Source: Eledone cirrhosa (lineage: Eukaryota). Taken from it: a DNA stretch of 64,000 bases. The stretch covers positions 357,616,001 to 357,680,000 of the forward strand of contig OZ024741.1 of assembly GCA_964016885.1 (NCBI GenBank), written 5' to 3'. Numbering within the stretch: position 1 is the stretch's first letter; every line of letters begins with the position of its first letter. Both the position numbers and the translations under genes were made by a program. The notes below the pieces were generated by a model. It worked only from the letters and a program-made list of their open reading frames with translations. It searched no databases and was not told where the DNA came from. This document shows positions 52,357-64,000 of this stretch, piece after piece.

Positions 52357-53255
52357 CTAGCAGTGGTACCCGGCGTTGCACGGGATAAGGTATTTTGGAA
52401 CACGGGCTGCCAACTGACCTAATGGTGGAAAAACTGCATGCCTGGACAATATGTAAAGAAAATAAACCGAATGCTCTGATGGATGGATAATCTTTAAGAT
52501 TTTCCTTGATGAAGCAGGAAAAAGGCAGGTTTTCACCTAATGCGGGCCCTAGGGGATCAAGAAAATGGATTTCTTTTATGTGCATAATATGCCTTGAAAT
52601 TTCAGGAAAATCAGCTAGACATAACGCCTCAAAAAAGCCCTAAAAAGCTGAAAAAATGAAGTTTTTCACCTAATGCAGGCCCTAGGCCATAAAAAAGTTG
52701 GATTTTCTTTGCTCACGGTATGAAGAAGAGACTGACTAATACATAGTTACAACTTCAAGGAAATCGGTCTGACGTAACGCCTCAAAAAAAAAACCCTAAA
52801 AAGCTTTAAAAAACAGTTTTTCACCTAATGTGGGCCCTAGGGGATCAAAAAGTTGAATTTTTTATGTGCATAACACTCCCTGAAACATAAGTAATACACA
52901 TGTAAAGCTGGAAAAAAATCGGTTGGGTACTTCTCGAGTTTTAGGGATTCAAACTCACACGCACGCACACTCACAGAGACATCCTCATCATCATCATCAT
53001 CATCATTTTACGTCCGCTTTTCCCTGCTTGCAAGGGTGGGACGGGTCTTATTCAGCACAGCATCTCTCCACTCGTCACGGTCCCTCGTCATCTCCACCGT
53101 GAGCTTCAGCGATCTGAGGTCTGTTCTCACCACCTCCGCCCATGTTTTTCGTGGTCTACCTCTACCACGTCTTCCTTCAACTGGCAATTCCTGGCACTTC
53201 TTCACCCATCGGTCATCCTCCATGCGCATCACTCAGTTTTATATATATATATATA
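52357..53255 (-). mobile_element. Non-autonomous Helitron-like element, interrupted near its 5' end by an RTE fragment
   Basis: Minus-strand 3' end: hairpin cccgtgcaacgccggg then CTAG|T; three internal ~135-155-bp repeats (tttcacctaatg..gccctagg at ~52531, 52664, 52819); (CA)-rich tract then ctcagttttatata. Confidence 0.75.
52984..53231 (-). mobile_element. RTE LINE 3' fragment, short-UTR subfamily
   Basis: VMRMEDDRWVKKCQELPVEGRRGRGRPRKTWAEVVRTDL..KTRPTLASREKRT* directly followed by (GAT)n. Confidence 0.9.
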
Positions 53256-53259
53256 TACA

Positions 53260-53668
53260 TTATCATCATCACCATTTTACGTCCATTCTTCCACACTAAC
53301 ATGCATTAGATGAGTTGTCCTGTTGTGGGCAATACCAAGTCAGGTGACCATGTCTTGCTCATACAGAACTGATTTGGGCTTGGTTTCTACTGCCCTTCCT
53401 AACACCAACCTCATTTACAGTGAATACTGGGTGCTTTTTATTGTGGGACCTACATGACCATTTTACAATGTGAACAGGGTGCTTTTTTTGTCATGACACC
53501 TACACAACCATGTTACAGTGAGAAGGGGGTGGGGACATACTGTCTATATACTTCAGCTTCGACTTGTACTCATAGGAAGTCGGGTCTTATGTATTACTGC
53601 GTAACGCCAGAGGTCTCAGTCCTGTGTCATCACCTTTGAGAGGTGCAATTGGGAAAGATCAGCTTTTA
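53260..53668 (-). mobile_element. RTE LINE 3' end with Ceph-like long UTR
   Basis: KADLSQLHLSKVMTQD..(cf. [16 protein letters not shown]) followed by the Ceph-like tail. Confidence 0.8.
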
Positions 53669-54123
53669 TATATATAATGTGTGTGTGTGTCTGTAAATGT
53701 GTTTGATGTTAGGAAGGGCAACCAGCAGTAAAAATCCCAGCCAAAATACAGTTCTGTTTGAACTGACCAGACTTGTATCATAAGGTGGATGACCTATCTA
53801 ACCCATGCAAGCATGGAAAAATAGACATTAAACAACAATGATGATGATTATATATATACATGTGTGGGGGGGGGGGGGGGGGGTAGATGGATGGATGGAT
53901 GGATGGATGGCTAGAGCAAGGTGAAAAGGAAATGGAGAACATATATAGGTTGAACAATGAAAACAAAGAGGCCGATGTTTAGTGCTAGATTATTTCATTG
54001 TTTTACCATCATTTCAAAAGGCTGAGTGAACCAAGATAATATTAATATATTGACTCATTGATAGCAGTTATGTAATCACATATCATCAATCTCAATACAA
54101 TAGATACATCTTACCGTTCAATA

Positions 54124-54346
54124 TACAATGTGTTAAAAAAAATGTATACACAACAAAATCTTTAGAAATTACATTAAAATAAATTGTTTTATATGCATAT
54201 TTAAATTATGTAAACATTTTTGGGTAGTTTACATACTATTGAATTATGTCTGTATATCATTTGTTTTTTGAAAAAGCTGTACATTCTAATAAATATTACC
54301 TGTACAGGTAATCAAAGTGTGTATACATTTTTTGAGAGACCCTGTA
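54124..54346. mobile_element. Tc1-type MITE
   Basis: Left tacaatgtgttaaaaaaaatgtatacac versus right-end reverse complement tacagggtctctcaaaaaatgtatacac; TA flanks. Confidence 0.6.
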
Positions 54347-54559
54347 TGTGGATATTATCTTTGTTCATTCAACGTCTTGAAACGATCATAAAACGATGAA
54401 CTAATTAAGCACTAAACCCCATCTTGTTTGTTTTCATTGTCTAACCTATATATATATGAGTCTGTAGTGCATTGGAATACTCAACAAAATCTAACAGGAT
54501 ACTAATCTTTCACAAAAACAAAAACTTTTTTTCACAATATTTCCTTGGATATTCATATC

Positions 54560-55205
54560 CATGCTATATAGAGTTGTAACAGTGTTATTGGTCTTTCTGT
54601 AGACAGGTAAATACCAGTGGTTGAATCCATGGAGGAGTTGGAGACAGCATTCCAGGCATAGCGGAGGAATCTGGAATTGATGAGATGAAGCTTGAAAGGT
54701 GGGAAATAGGGTAGGAATGCGATATCATTGAAGAAGTGGCTTTGTTCGATGATGTGTTGAAGAGGAGTGAGCAGAAGTTCTATTGGGTGTACACAGTGTA
54801 ATCTATAGATGCATTGGAGATGTAGTTGGATTATAGGTAGGTTAACATAGAGGATTGGCTTTATATGCAGCAGATGTATGGGAGAAGTAAGCACTGGGAG
54901 CACAGGTGAAATAGATTCCCTCAAATGCCTGGGAGACTCTCTAGAAGATGTTGACAGTTTTTGTTGTCTAGATGACCTAGTTGACAATGGGGAAGGGGTT
55001 GCTTTAAAAATGTCTATAATAGTGAGAACAGGCTGGGAAATTTAGTACCTCTGCTAACAATGGAGCAAAGAGGGAGAGGGGGGGGGGGTATCTCCGAGTG
55101 AAGTATAAGCTGTATGTAAGGGATGCTGTTGCATGGCAGTGAGACACAAGCCTTGACTACAGAGGACATGGGAGAGCTAGAAAGAAGGAAGAGAAGTATG
55201 CTCAT
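54560..55205 (+). mobile_element. Old PHD-type RTE LINE fragment
   Basis: ESMEELE..KWLCS..SIGCTQCNL*MHWRCS..FICSRC..VDSFCCLDDL..LLHGSET, heavily mutated. Confidence 0.75.
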
Positions 55206-55224
55206 AGCTATTCGACAAAAGAAT

Positions 55225-55297
55225 ACTTTTGCCTGTGGACCCCCAGGAATATTACATGGACCCTGGGGGTCCATGTGGACCCCGGTTGAGAACCACT
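55225..55297 (-). mobile_element. hAT-type MITE terminus
   Basis: Minus strand starts cagtggttctcaaccggggtcc with a catggaccc/gggtccatg palindrome. Confidence 0.55.
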
Positions 55298-56179
55298 GAT
55301 CTATTCCTTTGAATGTGTATGTGTGAAGGTACATGGCTTAGTAGTTAGAGCGAGGGGAACTTATTAGGTGCAAAATCCATGGTCAATTGTGGCTGAAGGG
55401 GGTTTATCCTTATCTATCTATCTATTATATATATAACGGACACTTATATAGTCTGCATTTTAGTATGACATAGAAATGTGATTTGTTAAAGGCTGCCACT
55501 TCACTGGACAAAATTCTGGAGAAGAAAAGATGTTTAGAATATTCTATTATTGTTGTGTATTTATGATCGTGTATATGTGTATTTATGAGCTTGTGTATCT
55601 ATGTGTGTGTGAACACAGCTATGTAAGTGTCTCCTGAATGCTGAAGGGTTTTTGAGAGGAAATACTTAACTTTGCTTTCATGGCCTTAACTGATCTAGGT
55701 CAGATAAGAAATTCCCACATGTATTTATCTTGGCAGCTTGGTGAACTTAAATATATAGAATGTATGCTTTAATCAAGTTCAGCAACAAGCATTTTAAAAC
55801 CATTCTCTTGCTAAAGCAAGGGTTAGCCTTGTAGGCCATATGACAAGCTTCTTCATTTTGCCCCTTCCCTTCACACACACAGTCCCTGGCTTTCACATCT
55901 TTCTCTACCATCTTTAGTCATCTCAAATCACGAACTAGCAATCCTATAATGCATTAATTCACTCAGCCATTTCATTTCTGTAGGTGTATATGTGTGTATA
56001 AGCTTATCAAAATATAGGCTGTAAATTTGTATGGTTGGGGTTTTCTTCAGTAAATTTAACTTCTATGTATGATTGCTACTTATTTTATCAACGTTGCGTG
56101 AATGGTTGTCAGTGACAAACCTCAATACGCTTTTGAATTCAAAATTTAAGCAAATACTGAAAGGTATTTACATTGCACC

Positions 56180-56500
56180 ACATCATTATCATCACTGTTT
56201 TATGTCCATTCTTCCACACTAGCATGGGTTAGACGCGATGTCCTGTTGTGGGCAATGCTAGGTTAGGTGACCATGTCTTGCTGATTCAGAACTGATTCTG
56301 GCTTGATTTCTACAGCTGGGTGCCTTTTTGTCGTGATACCTACACGACCACTTTACAGTGTGGACTGGGTGCTTTTTGTCGTGACACCTACACAACCGCT
56401 TTACAGTGTGGACTGGGTGCTTTTTGTCGTGACACCTACAGAACCACTTTACAGTGTGGACTTTGTGCTTTTTGTCATGACACCTACATGACCACTTTAC
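56180..56500 (-). mobile_element. Ceph-like tail with a 48-bp module tandemly amplified about 4 times
   Basis: gtgctttttgtcgtgacacctacacgaccactttacagtgtggactgg repeated at ~56320-56500. Confidence 0.85.
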
Positions 56501-56714
56501 ATACGTTTGTTTATCAGGCTATTACATGTGTGCATGTTTTTTTCTTCTTTTACTTTCAATGTAATTCAAGAATTCAGTGTTCCAACCAAATAATGTTTTT
56601 GAGAGATTGATCACTTTTAAAAAGAAAATATTCAAAATTTTTTTTTTTCATTGCCTAACAACATATGAGAGTCAAAGGAATATAAGTAGGTACAGTATAG
56701 GTACCTTAACTCCT

Positions 56715-56915
56715 GATGGAGCTGCAGGGGCATCATCATTCCTCTCACCTCTCCGTGCTCCTGATGGTTGCACCCAGCTTCATGCCTGTCCATTCCGGAA
56801 TGTTGTCCTCCCATCTCTTTTTCTGTCTGCCTCTCTTCCTCCCTCCTTGTACTGTTCCCTGCAGGACAGTCTTAGCAAACCCTGAAGACCTTGTCACATG
56901 CCCGAACCATCTCAA
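56715..56915 (-). mobile_element. BovB-like RTE LINE 3' fragment
   Basis: Minus LRWFGHVTRSSGFAKTVLQGTVQGGRKRGRQKKRWEDNIPEWTG. Confidence 0.8.
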
Positions 56916-56929
56916 TTTGCCGAGTGGAA

Positions 56930-57360
56930 GTACTACACTTTCAAAAACCTGATCTTGTCAGCCATGAGGCATCTTACATGTGTTATCTGGGGTTGAGCTA
57001 CACTTACAAAAGCAAATTTTGTCAGCCATGAGAGATCTCTGCTATACATCTGTAGTTTTACTACACTTTCAAAAGCCAGTCTTGTCAACCATGAGATATT
57101 TCATTTGTATTATCTGTGGTTGTACTATATCTTTAAAAAACTGGTCTCATTAACCATGAGAGATTTCACTTGTACTATTTGGTTGTATTACATTTTCAAA
57201 AGCTGGTCTCATTAGCAATGACAAATCTCAACTGTGTACTGCCTGTAATAGTAGTACACTTTCAAACCTTGATCTTGTATACCATGAAAAATCTCACCTC
57301 TCTGTAATAATACTACACTTTCAACAGCCTGTCTTGTTAGCCATGGGAAATCACATGTCA
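56930..57360 (+). repeat. ~57-65-bp minisatellite, about 7 diverged units
   Basis: Recurring tacactttcaaaa..tcttgtcagccatgag(a). Confidence 0.85.
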
Positions 57361-58441
57361 GATGTCTTGCACACGAGCTGTATACATTGAAAGGTATGTA
57401 CACTCAGTGCTAGATTGAAAATCTCCAAAACAAAAGACTAAATGGAGTAACCGATTTAGACAAGAAAGAAGAGGAGACACAAAAGGGAACAAAGAGTCAT
57501 TGGGGAGGTCACAGAATGTGTGATGAAAGAACTTTGACAAACTAACAAATAAAGATAAAGTAAAAATCATATAGAGCATGTTTTTTTTTTATTGGCAATA
57601 CTGGCAACATGACCATCCCCAAATATAACAATATTGTTTTCAACACATGATTTCACAATCAAGAATCTAGCAAAACAAATAGATAAACATATATGTGTGT
57701 GTGTGTGCATGTATGTATATATGTGTGTGTGTGTGTGTGTGTGTCATGTATATATATATGTGTGTGTGTGTATATATATATATATGTATATAAATGTGTG
57801 AGTGTGTGTATGTATATATATATATGTGTGTGTGTATTGTATATATATGACATGTACATGTATAGATAGATATACATGTGCATAGCAGGTTGTTTTTCTT
57901 CTAAACATATCCCCAACTACCAGACACCCACCCACAACAGTTTTTGGCTTTAAAACAAGGTCTCAGACTGCTTGTGGACTACATTATTATCAGGTTCACC
58001 ATAACAAGCATTGATTGTTCTTAATGGCAATCAATAGAGTAAAAAGGAATGGGGTGAGGTTGTGTAACTACGTTCAGTTGTTCTACCTAACATAGCTATC
58101 TTGAATGACTTGTATGTCCGCCACCACTGTATACACATATCCATCACTGATCTCTACTTAACACAGCAATCCTCACCGACTTATCATCTAATGCACATCC
58201 ATCGCTGTTATGGAGATTTTTGAACTTATGTTTTTTTTTTATTATTATTATTATTTTATTTTAGTGCAATGTATTTCTTTGTGTGTGTGTACCATCATAC
58301 CATCATCATCATTTTTACTTAGACTTTTCAGTGATGCCAAGGGTTGTATGGGATTTTTTGAAGCAATGTTTTATAGCTTGATGCACTTCCTGACATCAAC
58401 TCTTTTAGTCATTTCTTACAACTCATATGAGAATGTGTATA

Positions 58442-58603
58442 TACAGGTAAAATTCCATTATAACAAATTTTTCAGTATAACGAAATTTTTTTCAATCCCC
58501 GAGTTATTAACAAACAAATGCTCGATTTGTTTCGGTTGATCTCATTATAAAGAATTTTTCATTGCAACCAACTATTTTTTTATTCCTCGTGAATTTCATT
58601 GTA
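58442..58603. mobile_element. Decayed pogo/Tigger-like MITE
   Basis: ta|caggtaaaattccattataac start with internal tataacgaa repeats; right end poorly preserved. Confidence 0.4.
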
Positions 58604-59759
58604 TATATAATTAAAGAAATGACAATACAAATACAAGGATGCAAAAATTTAAAATCTTATTCATATCACACTTAGAAGGAAGTAGAGGTGGGTTCGGTGC
58701 TTCAGACACAAGTTTCTTTAGCAAACGGAGAGTTCAGAGAGAGGGAGAACAGGTTTGAACATCAGAGTTTGGGAAAGGTTTTTTTAAAAAGGTTGGGCAT
58801 GGTAGACGAGTGATCCGGCATTCGGGAATGGGGACCGAGATGGAGAGTCCAGGTGTGGTTATGTGTGTGCCGATGGAGTGAATTTCATAGGCGTGTATTA
58901 TTATTTCTGTCTGTATGTGGACATTTACACATATCCATATCAAGGGTATGACAACCTCACTATGGCAGCCATAATAAAATGTACCCAGTACACTCTGTAA
59001 AATGATTCATACTTGAAAGAATATGCAGCCAAAGAAGGGATGAGAGGACACTTCAGTTATGTCAAGGATATGACAATCTCCATTGTGTTGGTACTCTGAA
59101 AAAAAAACAAAAAAAAACAACCAGTAGACTTGGTAAAGTGGTTGGTGTTAAAAAAGGCATCCAGTTATAGAAACCATGCCAAAGTTTAGGACATGTGAAT
59201 GTGATATGGTCCCTAATCTTTATTATGGGTCAGTAATTCCAAATAAGAACTCACTTGACCAACTGTGATGCTCTGTTTGGTCCATACTATCATGGAACAG
59301 ACTGATAATGATGTTTATGTAGTTTTATGTATGACTGCTACTCATAAGTTTCACCTTTATGCAAGCTTGGTGTGTGTGTGTATACATTTTGTATATCTAA
59401 CGATATATAGTATATTTACCAATAAACATTTGAAAGCCTTTAGCTATGAATTTTGGAAGCTGGTGGCAGAGTTCCACCTAGCTAGTTCCAAAGTCCTTCC
59501 AAGACATCTTTGTAGGGGTGATTAACTGTCTGTCTTGGAGGTAAAAATTCTTTGTGAACAATATCACAGCTATAGAAAAAATGATAATCATAGTGCTCAC
59601 TCCAGATCTGTTCATGCATGCTTTCTTTGGATAAGGAGAATTTTTTGTTCCTTTTCTCTTTGCCATTTGTCTCTGTATCATACTCAAACACCCTGTTACA
59701 CATCTCCTGTTATTACTATATTCAAGAACTTTGGCTCAATTTCGAGTCTTTTTTGTAAA

Positions 59760-60337
59760 TCTTGACAAATTTTCCACCACTTTTTGCTCCACAGACAAGT
59801 GTTTGGGTACTAGTTTTGCGCAAATTTTTCACATAAGCAAATGGTCGGTAAAAAATCTGTAAACTGCATTTTTATCCAATTCTATTTCTTCTGTAATCAT
59901 CCTAACACTTAATTGTTGACCTTTCGCCATCACCATATTTCATATTTTGTTCATTTGTTGACGAGATTGGCCTTCCAAATCTTCAGCATTTTCTCGGCCC
60001 TCTTTGAAAGCTTTGTACCACTTAAAAACCTTACTTTTTGATAAAGTAGCATTTACATAAGCTTGTGCTAAAGAATTAAATGTTTCAGTGGCAGATTTGT
60101 TCAGCTTAACACAAAATTTGATCGCGTACCATTGTTCAATATTTTTCTGCATCACAAACATAAGAGTTTATAAACACATCTGTACGTAAATAGCAATAAG
60201 TCACGACTGACTCAGTTGATCATGTTGAAACAAGTATGTAGGTGCATCGAAAGTCATAACCAACACACCTATATACATCATCAAGGAACTGCATTACCAT
60301 ATTGTACAAGTCTTTTTACTTTTTGGACAAACCTCGT
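59760..60337 (-). mobile_element. Mariner transposon 5' part (HTH DNA-binding region), decayed
   Basis: EQWYAIKFCVKLNKSATETFNSLAQAY..LSKSKVFKWYKAFKEGRENAED; terminus acgaggtttgtccaaaaagt; second TIR not found. Confidence 0.85.
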
Positions 60338-61772
60338 GTGTGTGTGTGTTATTACTATATATATATATAGCACAATGCAAGCTACCATAGAATAATTGAT
60401 GTAAAATGAATGGATAAGAAAGAAAAACACCAAAATCTGTTGAGAGGACTCTTCAGCCACATCTACGACATGATGTGTTGGTGGTAGCAAGGACATCCAG
60501 CTTCAGAAACCATGCCAAACAAAGAGCTGAGAGGGCTCTTTGGTCATGTTAAGAGCATGATAATCTCTCTAGTGTTGGTGCTATGATATGCCCAGTATAC
60601 TTTGTATGGTGGTAAGCTTTAGAAATGGCCCTGGGCCCATCTAAGAGAACAGTGGCTCTGAGTAATTATTGGTTTGGTCTGTACTGACCCATCTACCCCA
60701 TGCAAGATGCTGATATGTGACAGAGGAGAACATTAGTTAATGTGCTCCTCCTTATTTTTAAGACACAGTAGAGAATGATTTGAGGGAGATTTAGCTGCTA
60801 CATCTTGCAAGTCAAGTAATCTCATAAGTGATCTCTTGTTGATTTGATAAATACAATTCCTTTTGTGTTCTATGTCAGTGTGTCAGAATGTCTGTAAATC
60901 CTCCACTAAGTATCTGATAACAATTCAATCTCTTAGCTTAGTCCTTCCGTAGATGAGATAAGGTTTTCATTAAACATCATAATGTGGATCAATAACCTAG
61001 TTTCAATATAAAGTGTGTGGGGGGGGGGGGGCACTGAACAACTGTAAATATGACATTGCTTTGATCAATAAACAGGAAACTATTATTAAGCTCCATTAAC
61101 TGTGTATCTGTTTCAGTAATGTTTCTTGTTAATTTGTGTTTCTTATGTTTGCTAAATATATGGATAAGTTGTATTCAGAGAGGATTAACTGTCATTCTGA
61201 TACATCTCTAAATACCTCAGCCATCAATTTACAACCACCATCTCTTCTACTACTTCCCCACATTTCTGTTTGGTTTATAACCTGAAATGGTGCGACATCT
61301 CTACTAAATTAACAAATGTCTATTGTTGAAAGCAGTGAAGTTCTATTAAATACTTGAAAATAAACACTGTGTAAAGCCTATTTCTTTACATATGAATTTT
61401 TTTCTCTCTTGTACTACATTATCTTGTGTGTGTCCCTAAGTCACATAAAATGTGTCTTGGGCATTTAAAACCTGATAGAGCCCATCCCTCTCCAGGCCTG
61501 AACGCTGCCGATTTCTTCCAGAGATGGAGAGAAAGGGGGGGGGGGTAAGAAAGATGTAGAATAAGAATCGACTCCTGTACAGGACAGGTACCTTTTTTAT
61601 TGATCTTGAGAGTTGACTGTAGCAGGATTTGAACTCAGAGAACTGGAACAAATACTGTAAAGTATTCTATCCAATATTCTAACAACTCAGCCATTTGCTA
61701 CTTTTTACATTATCTTGAAATTAAAGCTTATTTCTTTTCATATGTATTTTTCCTGTCCACTACATTATCTTA

Positions 61773-61953
61773 TAATTGTTTCTACTTTTGGCACAAGGCC
61801 AGCAATTATCCCAGTGTATTACTAGTACTTTATTTTATCGACCCCGTAAGGATGAAAGGCAAAGTTAACCTCAGCGGGATTTGAACTCAGAATGGCAAGG
61901 GCCGTAACTCTATGCGTCAAAGCATGGCGTCCGACCCTCTACCAATACTGCCA
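61773..61953 (-). mobile_element. tRNA-derived SINE with Meta-like core, well preserved
   Basis: Near-identical to 7946-8127 and to the reverse complement of 62501-62686. Confidence 0.88.
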
Positions 61954-62500
61954 GTATTGTCTAGGAAATAAGCAGAATCTATACCCAGCTTTAATGTTAT
62001 ATATCATGCCTAATACAAATTGTATCTAATAACTGTATCTAACTGTATCTAATAACAAAATGAATCCAGATAACTAGAAATTAGAGAGACCTTGTGAATA
62101 AGCAAAATCCTTAAACTTTGTACAAAATACTTTGTAGAATTTAGTTACAGCTCTTTACATTCTGAGCTCAAATTCTGCTAAAGTCAGCTTTGCTTTTCAT
62201 CCTTCCAGGGTCAATAAAATAAAGAGCTAGTCACATAGTGGAGTGTATGTAATCAACTTTCCCTGCTTTACAAATGCTGGTCTTGTGCCTAATTTAGAAA
62301 TCTTTATATCTAACCCCTTACAAGGACTTCAATGAACTCAACACTCCAAGCAATAAAGTTTGATGAAGTAGGCACAATCCATTTTGCCTACTTCATTAAA
62401 CCTGATAGCTTCTAGGTGAACTGTCTGCAAAATTTAACCTTTTTCATTGCCATATTTCTAATGAGAGACACTGCTTATGATTTCTCATTAGTAAGCTGTT

Positions 62501-62686
62501 GGATTGGCAGTATCGGTAGCGGGTCCGATGCTATGCTTTGTAGCTTAGAGTTACGGCCCTTTGCAGTCTGATTTGAAATCCCACCGAGGTTAACTTTGCC
62601 TTTCGTCCTTATGGGGTCGATGAAATAAAGCACCAGTAATACACTGGGATAATTGCTGGCCTTGTGCCAAAAGTAGAAACAATTAT
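62501..62686 (+). mobile_element. tRNA-derived SINE with Meta-like core
   Basis: tggcagtatcggtagc A box, core, tail; inserted in the older TTAA-type element. Confidence 0.85.
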
Positions 62687-63299
62687 TAAGCTGTTGTTTG
62701 GAGCATAAAATTATGAGGGAGGCTTTTTTTAGATAAATATAAACTCTTAAAAATGAACAGCTTAGCATCCTAGAGCCATAGATAGTTTCAGAATAGCTAA
62801 GAAAAAAGATTCAGTGTTTTGGAAATGGATAGAGTATAATATTAGTAGTATGATGATGTGCGTTATCATTTTGTCCATTTTTCCATGCTTGTACAGATTG
62901 GAAGAAACCTGGAGCTTAATCTCAATTTCATGAGCATTGAGAGTACAAGGCTCCTACTCTGGATGGGATGCTAGTCCATAGCAGGGCTAACTCCTGTCTG
63001 CTGCTGCTACTTATTTTCAGCTGAGTGAACTGGAGCGACATGAAATATAGTGCCTTGCTTAAAGACATATTGTGTCACTCAATCTAGAAATTGAAACCAC
63101 ACCCTTATGATCTTTAGCCTAACACCCTAACTATTTGGCCACCGACCTTCATGTGGAGATATGTAGTATCTGAGATAACATTTTATATAAAATATTTAAT
63201 CACATTCGATGTTTGTTTCCTTGAGCAAGACACTTTATTTCACATTGCTCCAGTTTACTCAGCTGTAGAAATGAGATGATAGGGACTGGGGTCCCTATC

Positions 63300-63466
63300 A
63301 TTCTACTGCAAAGTGGTCGTGGAGGTGCCACGGCAAAAAAGCACCCAGCACTCACTGTAAATGAGGTTGGTGTTAGGAAGGGCATCCAGCTGTAGAAATC
63401 AAGCCAGAATCAGTTCCCGTCCCACCCTTGCAAGCAGGGAAAAGTGGATGTAAAATGAAATGATGA
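63300..63466 (+). mobile_element. Ceph-like body joined to the short-UTR RTE tail
   Basis: 63416-63457 cccgtcccacccttgcaagcagggaaaagtggatgtaaaatga matches the reverse complement of ~53003-53045. Confidence 0.75.
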
Positions 63467-63533
63467 AACATTAAATTGCAATTCCTAATTTTATGATGAT
63501 AAAAATGTCTCTTTTTTTTGTGTGTTTTTGCAG

Positions 63534-64000
63534 GAAAAACCTAAAGAAAACGGAATTTCAAATAATTTTGATACAGATTATGAGGTAAAAGAAGACGGAA
63601 ATATGTCTGAAGAGAACGGAATGCAAGACGAAGGACACATCTATGCTAACAGCGAGCCTATTGCTCATCCTGTGTATGAGAATGTCAGTGTGAATGGTAA
63701 AGAAGACAATGATGACACTTATGAAAATGTTGTGAAAGAAACGGGTGGTGACCAGGAGGTTAGTGTTACACTCAAGACGGAAGATGCTGGTCCTGTGTAT
63801 GACACTTTACCCTCTCTGCAGGTAGAGGTAGATAACAATAACGATGAAGATGACATCGTTGTTGTTTCTATGGATGAGATGGTTGTTCATGATGTTGGAA
63901 AAGAGGATGAACCAGTGGGAGAGGCAACACCTGAAGAGGCTGCTTCTGAGGTAACAGAAGAGGATAATGCTATTGAGGCAGAAGTTGAGATAGAAATTGC
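63534..64000 (+). CDS. Host coding exon (phase 0, runs off window): acidic low-complexity region with tyrosine motifs
   Basis: Strong acceptor tttttgtgtgtttttgcag|GAA; 155 open codons EKPKENGISNNFDTDYEVKEDG..HIYANSEPIAHPVYENVSVNGKEDNDDTYENVVKETGG..PVYDTLPS..EAEVEIEI; purine-rich coding composition. Confidence 0.88.

Noticed and set aside
56320-57360. Regularly spaced repeats resembling a CRISPR array (also 20630-20935)
   Set aside because: Whole units are homologous (no unique spacers), there are no cas genes, and the context is eukaryotic.

Overview
AT-rich, repeat-dominated animal (eukaryotic) DNA. The SINE/LINE families and the density of (TA)n/(TATG)n microsatellites are most consistent with an octopod cephalopod; this is an inference, not checked against a database. 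Almost all long ORFs in the supplied track are microsatellite artefacts. Real content: (i) a family of RTE-clade LINEs whose reverse transcriptase carries a complete C4HC3 PHD finger between the KTKV and FRYLG motifs (one uninterrupted 539-aa copy, three decayed copies); (ii) a ~14-kb nest of insertions separated by (TA)n at 23.4-37.7 kb, holding those LINEs, a DD37D/maT transposon, a bipartite non-autonomous RTE, a CR1 end and a minimal hammerhead ribozyme; (iii) a decayed Penelope-like element, a mariner fragment, a Helitron-like element, piggyBac-, Tc1- and pogo-type MITEs and many tRNA-derived SINEs; (iv) one convincing host exon at the right edge (acidic, with clustered YxN tyrosine motifs, missed by the ORF track), plus weaker exon and promoter candidates and a pre-miRNA-sized hairpin. 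All coordinates were read by eye and element boundaries are approximate.
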